The notes beneath the pieces are model-generated. The model was not told the origin of the DNA, did no database searches, and worked only from the letters and a program-made list of their open reading frames with translations. From a virus, in IMG/VR virus record IMGVR_UViG_3300048917_000111, positions 1-41,081 of that record: a DNA stretch of 41,081 bases. One strand, given 5' to 3'. Below are positions 39,241 through 41,081 of the stretch, one piece after another. Every line of letters starts with the position of its first letter. Position 1 is the stretch's first letter. The position numbers and the translations under genes were made by a program.

Positions 39241-40889
39241 GCCTCGACCTCCTCGATGGGAGGCCTCTTGATGATCTTCAGGTTCTGGTTGATGTAGTGC
39301 AGGTTGTTCCCCATCTTGGTCTGCACACCGAGCCTCAGGAAGTCGTTCTCGCCGTCCTCTGAGGGCGGAGCCAGGCTGAGCACGAACTCGCACCAGGCAT
39401 GCAGGGCAGTAGCACCCAGGATTGTCTCCTGGACGGTCTCGCCCTTCTCGAACTGACGCTTACGAGTGTGGTGGATGAAGACGACTGCACACTTGGTCTT
39501 ACGGGCGATACTACGGACATCCTTGAGGACTCCGTTCATCTCTTTCTGGTCGGATACGTTGTGGTCGCCGATGGCCATGGACAGCGTGTCGATGATGACG
39601 ATCTTCAGCTGATACCGGACGATGACATCCAGGAGCCGCTGCTTGTCTTCCTCCTTGGAGAGATCGACCGGGTCGAACCGCGTGAACAGGCTCATTGGGC
39701 GAGGCGGCTCCCACACGTTGTCCTGACCGACGCGCTTGATGTGGCCATCCCAGTGGAACTGATCACGACCGTTCCGCATGCCCTTCGCCAGTCGGTCTGC
39801 GAAGAGCCATTCACCGTCCTCTAACGAGAAGAAGCCCACGGCTGTCGGGCGCTGGGTGGAGATGCCCAGAGGTTTCCTGCCAGTCGCCAGGCCGAGGGCA
39901 ATCTCGATGGCAATACGGGTCTTACCGACCTTCGGTGCTGCGACAATGAGGCCACATCCAGCCTCGGGGATGATGCCAGGCAGGACCCACTTCATAGGCT
40001 TACGCAGCACGGGACCGAACTCGTGCGCGGCCGACATGTCCCACGCCTCGACGGTCTCCTCCGTGACCTCTTCGTCCTCGATGGGGTTCTTCGGCTTCTC
40101 CTTCTTCGCAGGCTGAGCGTCGTATGCTCGCTCGATGTCCGCCTTCAGCCGGTCAGGGTCGTCCTTCCACTTGTTCCACTTCGTGGCCTTCAGGAGCTTG
40201 AACGTCAGGTCCTGCGGGATGCCCAGCTCAGCCGCTGTGCGTGCGAAGCGCCAGAGAACCACGCTCCTGTCGCCGTAGGGGTCGTCTGCGGCCAGCTCAG
40301 AGGCCAGCCCAGGAGGCAGGCCGAGACCGGTAGCTACCCGGCGGAGAAGCATGCTCCTGGTCGTCCTCTGAGAGCCGCTCTGCAGGACCCTGCCCTGGAA
40401 CGGCTCCCGCTTGTGGTGCCACGTGCCAGGCACTCGCAGGAGCTGGCTGATGTCCGACCCAGACTTGTCAGCGCCGACCGCCTGGATGAGCATCCCGATG
40501 AAGCCATCGCGGTGGAACTCCGCAGCAGGGATCGAGTCGGCCATCAGCCAGACGGCTTGCATGTGGCCCGGACTGGTCTCCCACAGGATCGTCGGCTTGA
40601 GGCTCAGTAGGAGCTTCTTGTCGTAGCCCTCGTCGCAGTCCAGCCACACTACGCGCTGGTCTGGGTAGTTGCTCCGCTCGCCTCGCTTGACCTTACGCGT
40701 CGTGCCGTGGGATACGGCAGGGGTCCAGTACCAGTCGACATCGTCGCGCAGCTCGGGCAGGGAGTACTCGCCATGAGTGCTAATCATCCTCCCTTCACTG
40801 AATCGTTCCTTGCCCTTGACTCCGATGTTGGAGATGTGCGGGACCCAGACGTTACCCTTCACGCCTGAGTGCTTCCACACCTGCTGCAT
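39237..40889 (-). CDS. Bifunctional primase-polymerase (N-terminal) / RepA-DnaB-like AAA_25 helicase (C-terminal)
   Basis: Prim-pol motifs VVWLDCDEGY, SPGHMQAVW, RVPGTWHHK. Walker A AAPKVGKTR. Walker B IVIIDTLS. I chose the start at ATG 40889 (TGATG overlap with the VRR-NUC stop); GTG 40913 is possible. Confidence 0.85.
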   Translation of the reverse strand: MQQVWKHSGVKGNVWVPHISNIGVKGKERFSEGRMISTHGEYSLPELRDDVDWYWTPAVSHGTTRKVKRGERSNYPDQRVVWLDCDEGYDKKLLLSLKPTILWETSPGHMQAVWLMADSIPAAEFHRDGFIGMLIQAVGADKSGSDISQLLRVPGTWHHKREPFQGRVLQSGSQRTTRSMLLRRVATGLGLPPGLASELAADDPYGDRSVVLWRFARTAAELGIPQDLTFKLLKATKWNKWKDDPDRLKADIERAYDAQPAKKEKPKNPIEDEEVTEETVEAWDMSAAHEFGPVLRKPMKWVLPGIIPEAGCGLIVAAPKVGKTRIAIEIALGLATGRKPLGISTQRPTAVGFFSLEDGEWLFADRLAKGMRNGRDQFHWDGHIKRVGQDNVWEPPRPMSLFTRFDPVDLSKEEDKQRLLDVIVRYQLKIVIIDTLSMAIGDHNVSDQKEMNGVLKDVRSIARKTKCAVVFIHHTRKRQFEKGETVQETILGATALHAWCEFVLSLAPPSEDGENDFLRLGVQTKMGNNLHYINQNLKIIKRPPIEEVEA

Positions 40890-41081
40890 CAGCTTGAGAG
40901 ACTGCGAATCCACGCTACTACTTCCTGAGCCTTAGGATCGTGGCTGACGAACGCCTGTCCGCCAGCCTGCCTGAACTTCTTGATGTTGTACTTCTGTGCG
41001 GCTGTAGGTTGCTCTCGTGCTGTCTTCTTCGCCTCGATGAGGAAGAAGTAGCCGTGTGCACAACCAAGAACGTCGGGGGTC
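40889..41081 (-). CDS. VRR-NUC nuclease gene, C-terminal part (continues from 228..1 across the circular junction)
   Basis: Same frame as 1..228 through the repeat. Ends ...GGQAFVSHDPKAQEVVAWIRSLSS with TGA at 40891..40889. Confidence 0.7.
   Translation of the reverse strand, partial: TPDVLGCAHGYFFLIEAKKTAREQPTAAQKYNIKKFRQAGGQAFVSHDPKAQEVVAWIRSLSS
40955..41081. repeat. Right copy of exact 127-bp terminal direct repeat
   Basis: Identical to 1..127. Unique genome length is therefore 40,954 bp. Confidence 0.95.

Overview
The window is a complete, circularly assembled phage genome. Bases 1..127 are identical to 40955..41081, so the unique length is 40,954 bp, and one gene reads straight across the junction. 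By inspection it is a high-GC, actinobacteriophage-type, apparently lytic siphovirus; I found no integrase or repressor. There are two divergent arms. A rightward late arm (about 16.6-37.6 kb) carries small and large terminase, portal, a MuF-ADP-ribosyltransferase fusion, scaffold, HK97-fold capsid, connector and tail genes, tape measure, minor tail proteins, an M23 endolysin and holin-like proteins. A leftward early/replication arm runs from 16.3 kb down through 1 and wraps to 37.65 kb. It carries many small genes, a DNA-modification cluster, an SNF2 helicase, family A DNA polymerase, a Cas4-like exonuclease, a Sak4-like ATPase, a DUF669-like SSB, a VRR-NUC nuclease and a primase-helicase. 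The arms diverge at a 350-bp intergenic region (16266..16615) and converge on a strong hairpin (37603..37640). The most interesting content, in order: (1) an operon with a thymidylate-synthase-fold hydroxymethylase-like enzyme, a GT-A glycosyltransferase-like protein, a dNMP-kinase-like P-loop protein and a MazG-type pyrophosphohydrolase, which is the enzyme logic of T-even glucosyl-5hmC DNA hypermodification; (2) a family of about 14 near-identical promoters (TTGCGN-N17-YAAAYT), five of which sit exactly 6 nt before an ATG (leaderless genes) and one inside the polymerase coding sequence; (3) a non-canonical tRNA-His-like element with an elongated anticodon arm; (4) a virion MuF protein fused to an R-S-ExE ADP-ribosyltransferase; (5) an SSB-like protein with a SAP motif and extreme acidic tracts. 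Several sub-60-aa ORFs missing from the ORF track were found by hand. All functional calls rest on motif recognition by eye; no database search was possible.
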